This document shows positions 38,279-50,476 of a stretch of 64,000 nt of DNA, in pieces. The position numbers and the translations under genes were made by a program. Location of the stretch: NCBI GenBank assembly GCA_051362555.1, contig CM120641.1, forward strand, positions 15,686,001 through 15,750,000, read 5' to 3'. This DNA is from Lingula anatina. Its lineage: Eukaryota > Animalia > Brachiopoda. Below the pieces are notes generated by a model. It was not told the DNA's origin. It searched no databases and was given only the letters and a program-made list of their open reading frames with translations. Each line of letters starts with the position of its first letter. Position 1 is the first letter of the stretch.

Positions 38279-40825
38279 CTACATAACTGCCTTTTTTGTT
38301 GCTGTGGCGACAAATAAAATGCATTCCATTTCATCATCTTCTTTACCGACATCGTACTGACACCAAGTGATATTTTCCAGTCCCGCTTGCTCAAGCGCCT
38401 CTTCTACCGTTTCCTTCTCTAATGGTAAACAGAAAAACGTCTCTTGTCCAACATGGTATAACCGGTCGTTTAAATTGCCAATCAACACGAAGTAACCGTT
38501 GACTTTTAGAAAGGACACCACGTTTTTGATGGCTTGTTTGTATGCCTCAGTATCAGCACTGGCGACCTCTAGGCATTGGCAGCTGGTTATGGCGTCATAC
38601 ATGTACCGACCGGCTTTATGTGGGGAGATCGGGTTCACCTTATGGACGTCACACACTAGAACGTCTTTGATTTTCTTTCGAAGCTTTTCCCTGTATTTCT
38701 CCCATTTTCCCCTGGAAGGATGAAATGTGTATACCGATAAAATTAACGAATAAAGTATTTTTTCACTTCACCAACAGACCTTTCTAGGACTTTGTGCTAG
38801 AAGGGATATAAATTTAAATGTATCTGTAAGGTTATTATTCAAACATGAAATTTGAAATTCGAAAAGTCGATCTTTCTTGACAGTTACATAAGTTATTGTT
38901 ACTGGCAGAGATTTATTTTGCGGTTTTGAGCTTTCTTGGAAAACTTCTACTAAGTTAATCTCTATAAAGTCAAACTGTGATTACTCGTTTCCGTCTAATT
39001 TTGCCACATATTTAAAAAACGGGTCCCAGTTCCAAGCTCCATCTTCTTCCAGCCACCATTTCTTTAGCGCTCTTCGGTTAACATCGGCAAAATCCGTTAG
39101 TGTTATTTCGTCAAACCATTTGGACGCACTAATGACACTGTGAATGCACGGGCCTGTACCGATGTCCAGCAGTCGAGTTCCTTTTATCTTACCTAATTAA
39201 CAATAATATAATATCATACAGCTAAAACTAGTATTTCTTGAAAATGAAAATGATTATCATAATACGGGTACTAACATTAGAGTCTTGGCCTATACAAAAT
39301 GTACATAAATCTTGACATGTTGTTTTTTTTTTTGTATGTTAAGACAAGGTGAACGAGTGCACTAAGAATAACATGTACCCAAAGTAAGTACATATCATGG
39401 CTTTTTTTTGTCTTAAATATGCCCTAAAATATGGCACGGGTGCTTCACTATTTTGTGTCTCGATTTAAGTGCCATTTAGAGAGCCGTCCGGTGAACACTA
39501 AAATTGGCTATTCAATAGGTCAGTTTCTGCGCTACATTTAAAGGGCCATTTGGAACTATATAAAGCCAAGATATTTATTTTTTGCATATATCATTTTGAG
39601 TGTACTGCTTGTCTTTACATAGCAAAACGGACAAAACGCCATTCACTTCTGTTCAACCTCCTTGACGTTAGCGCGGTTTAAGGATTTCCCTTGATTGTTA
39701 CAGAGAGTTATGGCGAGTGTCAGGAAAGGAGGGTCAAAAGTTGGTTAGTCGGAGATAAAAACCATATACGCCAAGCCAATTAATGAAGTATGAGCTTTTA
39801 GCGAGAAAATTAGTACACTCTGCATCTTTTGGTGTAATACAAATTATGCTACGCTAGTTGCCATGATTATTCTGCTGTGGCACTATTCTACATACTGTAG
39901 ATTACAATAGTTTCAGCTGACCATAAGCGGACCTTTGTTTGTTTACACTATGTGAGACGCGTTTTACTAAGCCGCGTGACACCTCTTTTAAGATCAATAA
40001 TAACGCGCGTCTTTGCGTCTTTTTGTTCATCCAATTCAATAAAAACGATGTTCATCGTATTCAAATAAACACCCCCCTTTTGAATCTTGCGTATACACTT
40101 GTTATGCCAACCAAAATAAACATTTTCTTTCTTTTTAATGTAGTAAAATATATATTAAAACGCATATTGCAATAAATAACACACATAGTTAAAGGGCCCT
40201 ATCAGGGATAATCCTTTTTGTTAAGGCTCCCGTCGTTTATATACTACTAAGATCTGTCCCAATTATCTCACTTGCCGTCAAAATTAACATTTCCAGTTTT
40301 TTTTCCTTCACAGATGCACGCCCTAACAATACAATTAAACGCATAATTGAAATACTTTCTATAGCACACCTGTTAAAGTTCGTAAAAATGGACGAATTCT
40401 GGGAAAGAAGCTTTCAACTTTCTTTAAAAGTACATTTGCTTTCTTGCTTTTTTTTTCAAAACTTTCATGGTTCTATCCCTCGAGGTACATGTAAGTGTGT
40501 TGTTCAATACAACACCCAAGGCTTGTAATTTCATATTCTTATATCAGTTAGTAGTTCGCACTAACTCTATGCATGTGTCAGTATGATGTGAGGAGCATAA
40601 GGATTTGAAGAACCATTAGACCAACTAAATGGAGCGGTTACTCTCCATATACTTACCTGTACTGAAAATCTCATGCAGTGTCTTTAGTCTAAACTGTAGC
40701 AGTCCCGCCTTATAGCCTTCTACATCACTATAGTATAGTGTTAGATACGCATTTGGATCAAAGACCGAATCATAATCATTTCCACTACGTAAGGTAGGCT
40801 CTCGATCGTCCTTGCTGTTTGCCAT
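38279..40825 (-). CDS. NNMT/PNMT/INMT-family methyltransferase, paralog 2
   Basis: 3 exons 40825-40657, 39192-38985 and 38711-38279. Motifs FDPNAYLTLYY, LLDIGTGP, DFADVN, AWNWDPF, SCQCLEVA, FFCLPL, FVATATKK. Confidence 0.92.
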
Positions 40826-41939
40826 GTTACCACTTGTCCCGTGAAAAATATTTTGTCGAATCTGGAATTTTATCATATAAAGGTAAGGTACTGAGGTTAT
40901 AATAGCCATACATATCATGTCCATCTCACATTAATATGCTAGGCTAGTTTTAGGGCCACAACCACAAGGTATCAGTGAAATAAAGTGTCCCATTTGGCCC
41001 ACGCCGTGTTACATGTATACAATGCTAAAATTTGTTTCTCGGTAGGAAAAATGTTAAAAGTGGTTCTGGCATTTATGTTTTTTAACATTCAATCTAAATC
41101 ACCACATTCAATCTAGAAACACGCCTTGAGTGCTCTGCGAAATGGCTGTTTATTCTGAACATTTGTTTAGTACATGTTGTTTTAAAATTAAGAACACATA
41201 AAAATTAATAAAGAACACATAACAAGTGCCATAAAAATTGGGTTCATTTTGCTGTTTCCATAGTGTATGATATAGATTATTTATTCTTCGCACATTGTTC
41301 ATTTGACGTTCTTTAATGCGGGCAAAATGCATTCACAAAACATCAGGGTCACTGGAAAGACCAAACATATATTCTCATGTCTGTCAACGAGGAGACTACA
41401 AAGCCCGTCACACGCAATGGAGATGACTATCACAGCAAGTTTGATCCCTTGGCATACCTAAAATCCTACCAAAATGGCATAAAGGCCTACGGACAGTCCT
41501 AGTTTTATGCCTTTTGTACTGAAGACCTTGCACGTGATGTTCAGTTCAGGTAGGATCCACACATGATTCAATCAAATTAAGCTAGAAACTTGAAATTGTA
41601 CGCACAGTTAGCTACATATAACTGAATTTAAATAAATTTTTTATTTATTTCATTAAGATAAAAAGTTATTCAAGTTTTAATGACACCACTTTCAAAAATG
41701 AGTCAGAAGTTGCCCCCTTGACATTTTGCTTGAAATTGTCACGTAATAAGTAGAGGAGTTAGGTATGAACACAAAGTTTAAAATTTTATTCCAGAATTTA
41801 CCCAAGCAGAGTAATGTTCATGTGAAGTAGGCAAAGTGACTGAATTTGGCGGCACAGATGCGTGCAATAAGGGAAATACAAATTGAGACAATTATTAAAA
41901 TGTGCATTAGCTTGGTAGTTGGATCACAAAGAATATCAA

Positions 41940-43645
41940 ACACAAGCCGAAAAACTTTCGTACCGTTAGCTTAAGACCCCGTCACACTTATTCGGAATCA
42001 GCAGGAATCAAACAGAACCAGCCGGAATGACCAAATTTAAAAATTCGTACTAGATTCGGGAAGAAATTTTAAATTGACCTAAATTCTTGTAAGAGTGCCG
42101 TTGGAACACTTGGAATGCGCTTGAATCCGCCTGGAATGATTCGTGCACATTTCGGCTGTATTAGCTCTAAATGCAGCTCGAATGTAGTTGGAAAATTAGG
42201 AATATCAATAATGCTGTCAGAATTCAGTCACAGTATTTAGAATACACTTAGAATGCCGTACGAGTGTAGTTTGACTGCTGGCTGAAATAGGATCAAGATG
42301 CATTCGAGTTGCATTCTGGCTCATTCTAACAGGATTTGAAGTGTCTTGCCATTTCGGTTCTCCCTCGAATGTGATCAGAACGTTTCGAATTCTGTCGGAA
42401 TGCCGTGAGAATATTTAGAATGCTGTCATAGTGCAATTATAATACTATTCAAATCCCATTCGATGATTTACCAATTGGAATGCACTTCGAAAGTTTTTAA
42501 CATGAGCAAAACATTCGGGCCAACCACAAGAATGGGTAAAAATATTTGGAATGCACTCGGAATTTTTAGAATGATCTTCAAATATATCCAGGAACGCACA
42601 AAGCATTGTCTTTCTGACGGCATTCTTGCTCATTCCGCCTCTAGTGTGACGGGGGTATTACGGCCAACCTGGACGCAGGCCTTCATCACGCTGATATGTG
42701 AACAGATGTTGACACTCACTGGGGCAGGACAGACTACATGTATGAGCACACGATTCAGCAACTGCTGAATGATGTGATAAAACGTATGAGAAAGTAAAGA
42801 GTGACCCAACTGCGGCTAATAAACGTAAATAATTTATAAGTTAACAAAGTGTTTACAACGATTACAGAAAGAAGGGAAACTAACTAGATCTCAGTATGCT
42901 CAACTTTACCCTACTGCAGAAACACCACCTAAGCTCTACGGTCTACCTAAGATTCACAAAGAGGGCACACCCTTAAGACCAATAGTGTCAAGTATTGGAC
43001 TGGTCACTTAACAGACAGCAAAGCTGTTAGCTAAGATCTTAAACCCGTTGGTGGGAAAATCGTGTCACCATGTAAAGAACTATTAGGACTTTGTGGATAA
43101 AGCGAAGGATGTCATTCTGAGACAGCACGAAGCTCTAGTATCATATGACGTGAGTGTCCTATTCAGTAGTGTACCGGTGAATAATGCTCTAGGTGTGATC
43201 AGCTCCATATTTACAAAAGATCCCACCCTCATGGAACGGAATAATCTTCAGTAGAGGATATGACAGAGCTATTAGATATTGTATTGAACACCGCATACTT
43301 GATCTATAAGGGGGAATTCCATAAGCAGAAACATGAAACGGCTATGGGCAGTCCAATCAGTCCAATTGTGGCCAATCTGTATATGGAGAACTTTGGGGCG
43401 CACTGGGGTCCATGCCCAATACTCCGCGTCTTTGGTTGCTATATGCAGATGACACGTTTACCATCTGCTAATGAGGAACTCAAGACACTAGAGAACAAGT
43501 CACTGGATGAGGCTCTCATGATGAGTGTTTATACCTGGCCGCTATACCAACTAGCGGTCAGTGAGTGTCAACATCTGCTCACATCAATGTGATGAAGGCC
43601 TACTTTGGCCGTAAGCAAACGGTATAAAAGTTTTTCGGCTTGTGT
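41940..43645 (+). mobile_element. Degenerate Penelope-like retroelement fragment with inverted terminal repeats
   Basis: About 42900-43460 translates (with stops and frameshifts) to LYPTAETPPKLYGLPKIHKEGTPLRPIVSSIG...LVSYDVSVLFSSVPV...AMGSPISPIVANLYME...YADDTF, typical Penelope RT motifs. Segments 41940-41973 plus 42661-42721 form the inverted copy of 43559-43645. Confidence 0.85.
41974..42657. mobile_element. Harbinger-type MITE nested in the Penelope terminal repeat
   Basis: TIR ACCCCGTCACACT / AGTGTGACGGGGGT, TTA duplicated on both sides, interior rich in GAAT/ATTC motifs. Removing it restores the inverted repeat. Confidence 0.8.
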
Positions 43646-46007
43646 AAAATTGATACGCCTTTCCAAAGCATATGTAGTAGAATTTCACTGTCTACATTGG
43701 GAATGGGGAACGAGAGGGGAAGAGGTTACAAAAAATTGAAAATAAATATTTCCTTATATTCTCCTCAGAATCTGAAATGCTGTTGAAAAACTTCAGTCCG
43801 TGTTCCAATACATGGCGTATATTTCGTCTTGCGCCGTTTGCCGACCTTTTTTGTCCTTAAAAATTTTCACTTTCAACCTTTCCTACATTCACAAAACAGT
43901 GCTCATGTGGTGGTACTACAATGTACCTGTTTTTAGTCGCGTTTCAATGCAAATTCAGTTTCCGAAGCAGTAAAAAATAAACCTTATACTCTGGTGACAC
44001 TTTTTTTATCCCAGTTTGTGTAAAGTTTGTGTGCTCCCTAGATCAGGTGTGTAGATGGATGTTTTTAGGGCCTACCTCAATCATCTCATCAAAATTGGCG
44101 GAATTCGTTTTGTTAAATTAAAGTTCATTGTTTCTCAAAATGGTTGTCAGACCCTCGACAATTTGGGTTTTGATCAATGTAATAGGGTTTTAAAGCTATA
44201 CACGTTTATATTTTGGCTTCTTTTCCCCCCACAGTTATCAATAACATTAGACAAAACCTAGGTCAAAGAGGACATGTTAACGGATGACAGATACATTGTA
44301 AAGCTAAGAGTATTAGGGGCACTAGTATGCAAATAGATGTTGCTAGCTTTGCTATATAAAGGGGGTGTTATTGCCTTGATATAAAATAGTCTGGTGAGAC
44401 CTGACCTGCACCATACTCTAGCTGAAGCCATGCCAGGACCGACTGACATTTGTCTCAGGAATCAGATATTTGCATACAGTGATGTAGGCATCAGCAAATC
44501 CGACATTTCCAGATGGTATGTCGATAATGGAATTTAAAATACAAATTAAGAAAAAGTTTTTAAAAAAAGGTGACAGAGAGCGAAATAAGGAGAGAAACAT
44601 AGATAGATAGCCAGATGGACAGACATACAGGTACTTGGAGAGTCTTACAGTTATAGAGATAAACCATGAAGCAGATACTTACATGTATAAATGTAAATAA
44701 GGAATATGAATCCTATCTTTCCTCACCAGGCGGCTTATTTTAACACTGTGGTGAGTTCCTTGTGTATTGATGTTAATTGTACCGACGTCCACGCTTACGA
44801 AAAATCTTTGAAGAGTGTAGTCTCCCTGTTGAAAGCTGGCGGTCATTTTGTAATGGTAGGCACTCTTGGTTCGTCGTTTTATGACGTAGGCGAGGAAAAG
44901 TTTTTCTGTTTAGAAGTAAGCAAGGATGAGGTATTGGGAGCTTTGGAGAAAGCTGGACTTCAAAATGTCACCTGTTACGAGTGTAATCTTAGAAGTAAAG
45001 ATAATTCTGATTTCAACGGACTTTTTGTCGCCACAGCAACAAAGAAAGACTCATAAATGTGTGGCACCTTCTGCTTTTGGCAGACATGTATGTACTAAGT
45101 TTTAAGAAAAGCAAAGAAAATAAACGAAAATAAACTCCAAAAAGCAAATGATCATGCCTTTCAATTTCTTTTCATTCTCTACTTATTTTAATTCATCTTA
45201 TTATTAATCTTATTAATGATTGGTTTTTACATTCTTATTGATTTCTTCACAGGCCACTGGTAAAAACAAGTTTTACGTGCAAAGCACTTTAATATGTACA
45301 AACATGTACAACATATTTAACATACTGTATATTTACAAATAAATTAACAAAGCGTGTATATAAAATACAAATACTCTAACACACTCTCTGTCAGGCTTAC
45401 AAGACTGACAGGTTAACTCGCGCCGAGAGGTTTATTCCTCTTTTTGTCAGGTGACCGGTAGTGAAATATTGGCCCACACATATACAGAAGAAAAAAAAGA
45501 AAAGAGACGGGTTTTCTTTGCATAATGGGCAATTATCTGGTACTTGTAGAATATCATTCTTTCGAATTTTTAACCACAAGTCACAATGTTCTTCACAACT
45601 GTTTGGAAATATGTGTCTTTATGTAAATAAGTCCAAAGAAAGTGCCCCTTTTAATCGTGAACCGGTTTCCAAATGCCAATTAAAAAAATCGTGTAATGCT
45701 TTAAGCTAGCTTCACCCCCAAAATTAAAATAAACTAGTCTGACTTTTTTTCACAAATTAAGACACGATGGTTCTTTTTTCTTTTTGAATAAGCAAAAAAG
45801 GAAATCTGCCACACTCACGGTAAAAATGTCAATGCTGCGATTGCTCTAAGTTCAAAAGGGACTACATAATTCAACCAGCTCTTACTTAAAATTTACTGGA
45901 CAAAATTTAAATTGCAACTGCACACGCTTGCAGCAGACACACTTGACATTACATTTAGCTCAGATCCGTCACATTGCATGCACAAATCATTTTATTTCGA
46001 AACCAAG

Positions 46008-46251
46008 TCACTCTAGGATATAGGTACAGGTATCCGGTTTGTCCAAGGTATAGGTATATGGTCAGTCCAGGGTATAGGTACTGGTAGAGGTATCCGGCCA
46101 ATCCAGAATATAGGTAGAAGTATCCAGTCAGTCCAGGATATAGGTTGTTGTATCAGGTCAGTGCAGGGTATTGGTAGAGGTATCCGGTCACGCCAGGGTA
46201 TAGAATAGAGGTATCTGGCTAGTCCAGGGTATAGGTTGAGGTATCCGGTCG
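46008..46251 (-). repeat. About 30-bp minisatellite built from the last codons and stop of nAChR A
   Basis: Eight degenerate units of CCGGATACCTCWACCTATACCCTGGACTRR (minus strand). The first unit is the coding end PDTSTYTLD*. Confidence 0.9.
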
Positions 46252-49200
46252 GTATACCAGGAAGGTTAAGTTGACTATAACTGTTAGTATGAAGAATATC
46301 ACGAGAAGAAGTCTGTCAATCACGAGAACGGTTAACTCCCACTCTAAGCTGGCCAACTCGATCTGACGTTTGATTCTGCGATCTCCGTCAAATTTTTCCA
46401 ATTTTGTGAGAATTTTCGCCAGTTTGTCTTCTTCGTGCTTTAAGCAGTGGCATTTGCACTTTTTCTTACCATGTGCGAGGTCGGCTATAGGTGGCAAGGA
46501 TTCTTTATTCGTCAGTTTTGTGTTATTTTCTCCAATAAGCTTCGACACATTCCCATTCAGGTTTGAACGAGACTGGTGGAGCAAATTTTCAGTTGATGGA
46601 AGTTTGTCATAGTTTTCTTCCAGTTGCTTAAGTGAACGTATTGAGGTCACTGGTTCTTTTCCGTCAGGTTGGACCTAAGGAAATATTTAAAAAAATATAA
46701 ATGAATGCCTGGCTTCGTGTACGACTGCACATATGGATTAATGGATGGATTGAAAAATGAATTAATTGAAAAATTCAATATTTTATTATGTATCCATACG
46801 TTGATAAAGAAATGAAGGAATACATTACCTGGGAGTTCTTCACAATATCTAGGTTCAACTGAATTAATTCATTCAGACACAAGGGTCTTGCTAGCCATCC
46901 AAACAAGATTCGCTTCAGCCACGGAGGGACTCGGTTACCATGGTTCCCGCTGTATTGCAGGTTGATGATCATAACGGTCATGGTGGTCGTCAAACAAAGA
47001 AGTGCAATAATGCAGGCGAAATAGATCGCTGCAAGAAAAAAAAGAAAGTTGACCAATCAGTGTTGATGTGTGTGCTCAGTTTTGCTGTAGTCGCCTACAG
47101 ATACATATGTGCGCGGAAACAATCCCGCCACGCACGTGTTGATGCTCATTGTTAATAATAATAAATATTACTGATGATTAGTATCAGTTTTTTCTTTGCT
47201 GTCTCTTAAATAACTTAGGTCCCGAACAAACAATCGTGCGTCTTTTTAATTATTGAACTCCCAGCATACGAGTGAGTAGTAACTAGCAGTGAGTACGAAG
47301 TATCCGACAATCAGTCCACTACAATGACCAAAAGTGTAAACAAAACTTATCAACAAACGCCATTTCTCAGTTTTTTATGACAATAATCTGTGGATATTCC
47401 CATACGCGCAACATACCTATAAATGGTACCACGTCGGCCTGGGGCGGCATGATATCTGCTATCAGTAACATGAAAACTGTCAGGGCAAGCAGGACAGTCA
47501 CCACCAGCGACACTTTTTCTCCAGACTCGGGTGGCAAGTAGAACGACAGCAATGAGACCGCCACAATCAAGATGCATGGTATGATGATGTTAAAGACGTA
47601 ATACAGCGCCCGCCTTTTCATTACTATATAAAACGTCACAAGAGCATAGGTCCCGCTACAGCACTGGTAGCTTTTTATAGATGTTTTCAACGGCATGGCC
47701 ACTAGCTCCCACTCGCCGTTATCAACGAACTCGCTGGTATCCCCGGATTCAGACATATTGGTAAGGAGGAGGTGGTCACCATGGAAACTCCACGAGCCAA
47801 AGCGCAGTGGACACACCTGTTGGTCGTAGGGGAAATATCTAACGTCCAGCCTGCAATAGCTTTTGTACAGAACGGGCGCCAGCCATAGGACGCTGCCATC
47901 GGAGTGCACCTTCACTGGGTATTTATCCAGGGATTTTTCGTCTTCACCTACGCTATAATTGTCAAATTCTTTTCAGTTATTTTGCTTTGACGTGCGTTTA
48001 TTCGTTGTGTAACTCGTTGTACAGAGTTTTAACCGTAACTATCAATCTTCGTTATTGAGTTGTGGCATGCACATGTACAATGCATGGACTTAAATTGAAA
48101 TGATATCTTATCTATGAAATGTACTCACCAATAGCTTTGTTTTTAAATGTATCAAAAACACCGAGTGTCTATCCAGAGAGCACTTACTGTTCGCTTTTAA
48201 AGCACATGATATGCATGTTTAGACCCCATTCCCATGTCTAGACCGATCTAGCAGGATCGACCCATCTCCGAGGGGTTTCTCGCTAAATTTCACTCTGCTT
48301 AGGCGGCTTAGATATCTGGCACACCTACTGAATCTGTATCGTTTAGCAGCTTTAGTAGGCGTGCCAAACATCTAAGCCGCTTAAGCTAAATGTAATTTAG
48401 CGAGAATCCCCTCGGAGATGAGTCCATCTTGCTAGATCGATCTAGGTATGGGCATGGGGTCTTATACTCACTCGTTATATAGTGTTATATCAGGCCGCCA
48501 CACGCGGGTGTATGGGATATGAAGGTCTTCAATCTCAAACTCAGTAGTGTTCCACTTCAAGCGATTATCAGTCCAGCTCTAGACAATACACAGAAAGACA
48601 AAAAGGCAACTTTAAAAACATGCAATCTATTACAATGCAAAGCCTCATTGTATGGACTGAAATACAATTCAACACTGTATCAATGTGTATATCTACTCCC
48701 CTCAGGGCTAAAGTCTTAGGGTTCAGAATATCCCATGTCTGTGTCCAAATTAAAAAAAAAATTAAACCCAATTTTACATAAAACGAAACAAAATGACATC
48801 AGAATGTATGTACCCAGCTGCATGGGAAAAACATGACGCAATTAACTGCCAAAGCTTTATAACAGTTAGCTACGGCCTAGACCAGAGTGGCTCAGAAGCG
48901 TCTCAACACTAACCAGAAACAGTTTAAAACTCAAGGTAGGGCCCAAAACTTATTTTCGAAGGTCGATTTTTATGAGTTGGTTTTTAATCTTATACTGCAA
49001 ATGTTTATACAAAACTGGGTACGTCCCATTCTCCAAACTATGAAAAAATGGGGTTCGGGGTTCAAATTTGTGATTTTCGTGTCAATTGTTTCGCTTTACT
49101 TTGACTCTCAATATTTTGCGTTGAGTTGCATGTTTTTTCTACTTACCATCCGCATCCAAAGACTGCTAAAAAGTATCTGATGTTTTTCATCCTGTGAGGG

Positions 49201-50432
49201 AGAAAAAAGCATTCACTAATATCATGCGGATATTTATTTATTATAAATAGCTAATAAAGGTGTCTCAATAGACGTGTGTATTAAGGCAACGCAAATAAAA
49301 GCAAAAAAGTGAAATAAGTAGTACCTGAAGGTAGACTTGAATTTATGTAAAATAAGTAAGCACATGTATACAGTGTGAAATATAGACAAGGCATGTAGGT
49401 AGACACCCCAAAACCCACAGGGTTCCACGTGCTGTTAACTTGTATTTCATAATGTACATGTATTTAACATACAATTTCATTTTGTGTTATACCTACAGTT
49501 GTTTATCGAATTCCTCTATATATTTATTATTTCATTTCATTCGCTTATTGGTGTAATCTGTGTTGTATTTATACACATGCTTATATTAATTCTTTTATAA
49601 TAAATATCGTAAGTCGCCAGCCTGCTTTTAGTTTTCCATCTTTTCATCACTGGTATCTACACACTAGTCAGGGAAGTAATAAATAGTAATAAAAAATAAA
49701 TAGATTTTTAAAAATACGGGGAGACAATAAAGTAGATATTATGTTTAAAAAAAAGGTAAAGTAAAGGTCACTTCTTATATACCGCACTACAGATGCATCT
49801 CAACACAGTTTACAGATCATTTTTTGCCCTGATACAATCTGGGTGTAGACGCTCTCGCCTGCCTGGGGAGGATACAGCCCAGCATGCCGTATGAGGCGCT
49901 GAAACTAGCAAACGAACAATATCTTTCTCTGCCTGATCAGGAACTTTACCCCCTGCTTTAACCCCTATGTGATGTATAGGTTAAAGTCTTTTATTCTTAT
50001 CGGGTTTTGTAACTCTGTTTACCATTGTTTAATAAAATGTTTATTCATCTCGCCCGTTTTTCGCCTTAACCCGAACAATGTAAAAAAAGATGTTTATGAC
50101 TTAATCCATTGTATACATTGTGCTATTCAATTAAAAAAGAAAATATTTACTTAATATTAGGATCCAAGGAAGTGTATTTTGAACGCAAAGGTTCAAAGAT
50201 TCTAAAGGCACAATGGTATAATGTGCATATGTACAATGGTTCTAAATGAACATACATGTACATGTAACAACTTTAACAAGTTGTTATCCTAGGGTCCGTA
50301 AAGGGTGAATTCTAAAGTGAACAAAATAATTAAATCCCAATTTGTCTGATTCCAATTTGCACACCAATTTATATGTAGTGTTTAAATACCACTCGAAAAC
50401 TTGCTTTTCAAAATTTTTAGCTAATTTGGTAT

Positions 50433-50476
<44 letters not shown>

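Larger units (their letters stand above)
41377..45056 (+). pseudogene. NNMT/PNMT/INMT-family paralog 3, disrupted
   Basis: Exon 1 (41377-41549) is 173 nt against 175 and 169 nt in the paralogs, and has a frameshift giving an in-frame TAG after ...AYGQS. No exon 2 (DIGxGP) was found. Exon 3 survives as a 5'-truncated ORF 44706-45056. A Penelope/MITE insertion lies between the two pieces. Confidence 0.8.
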
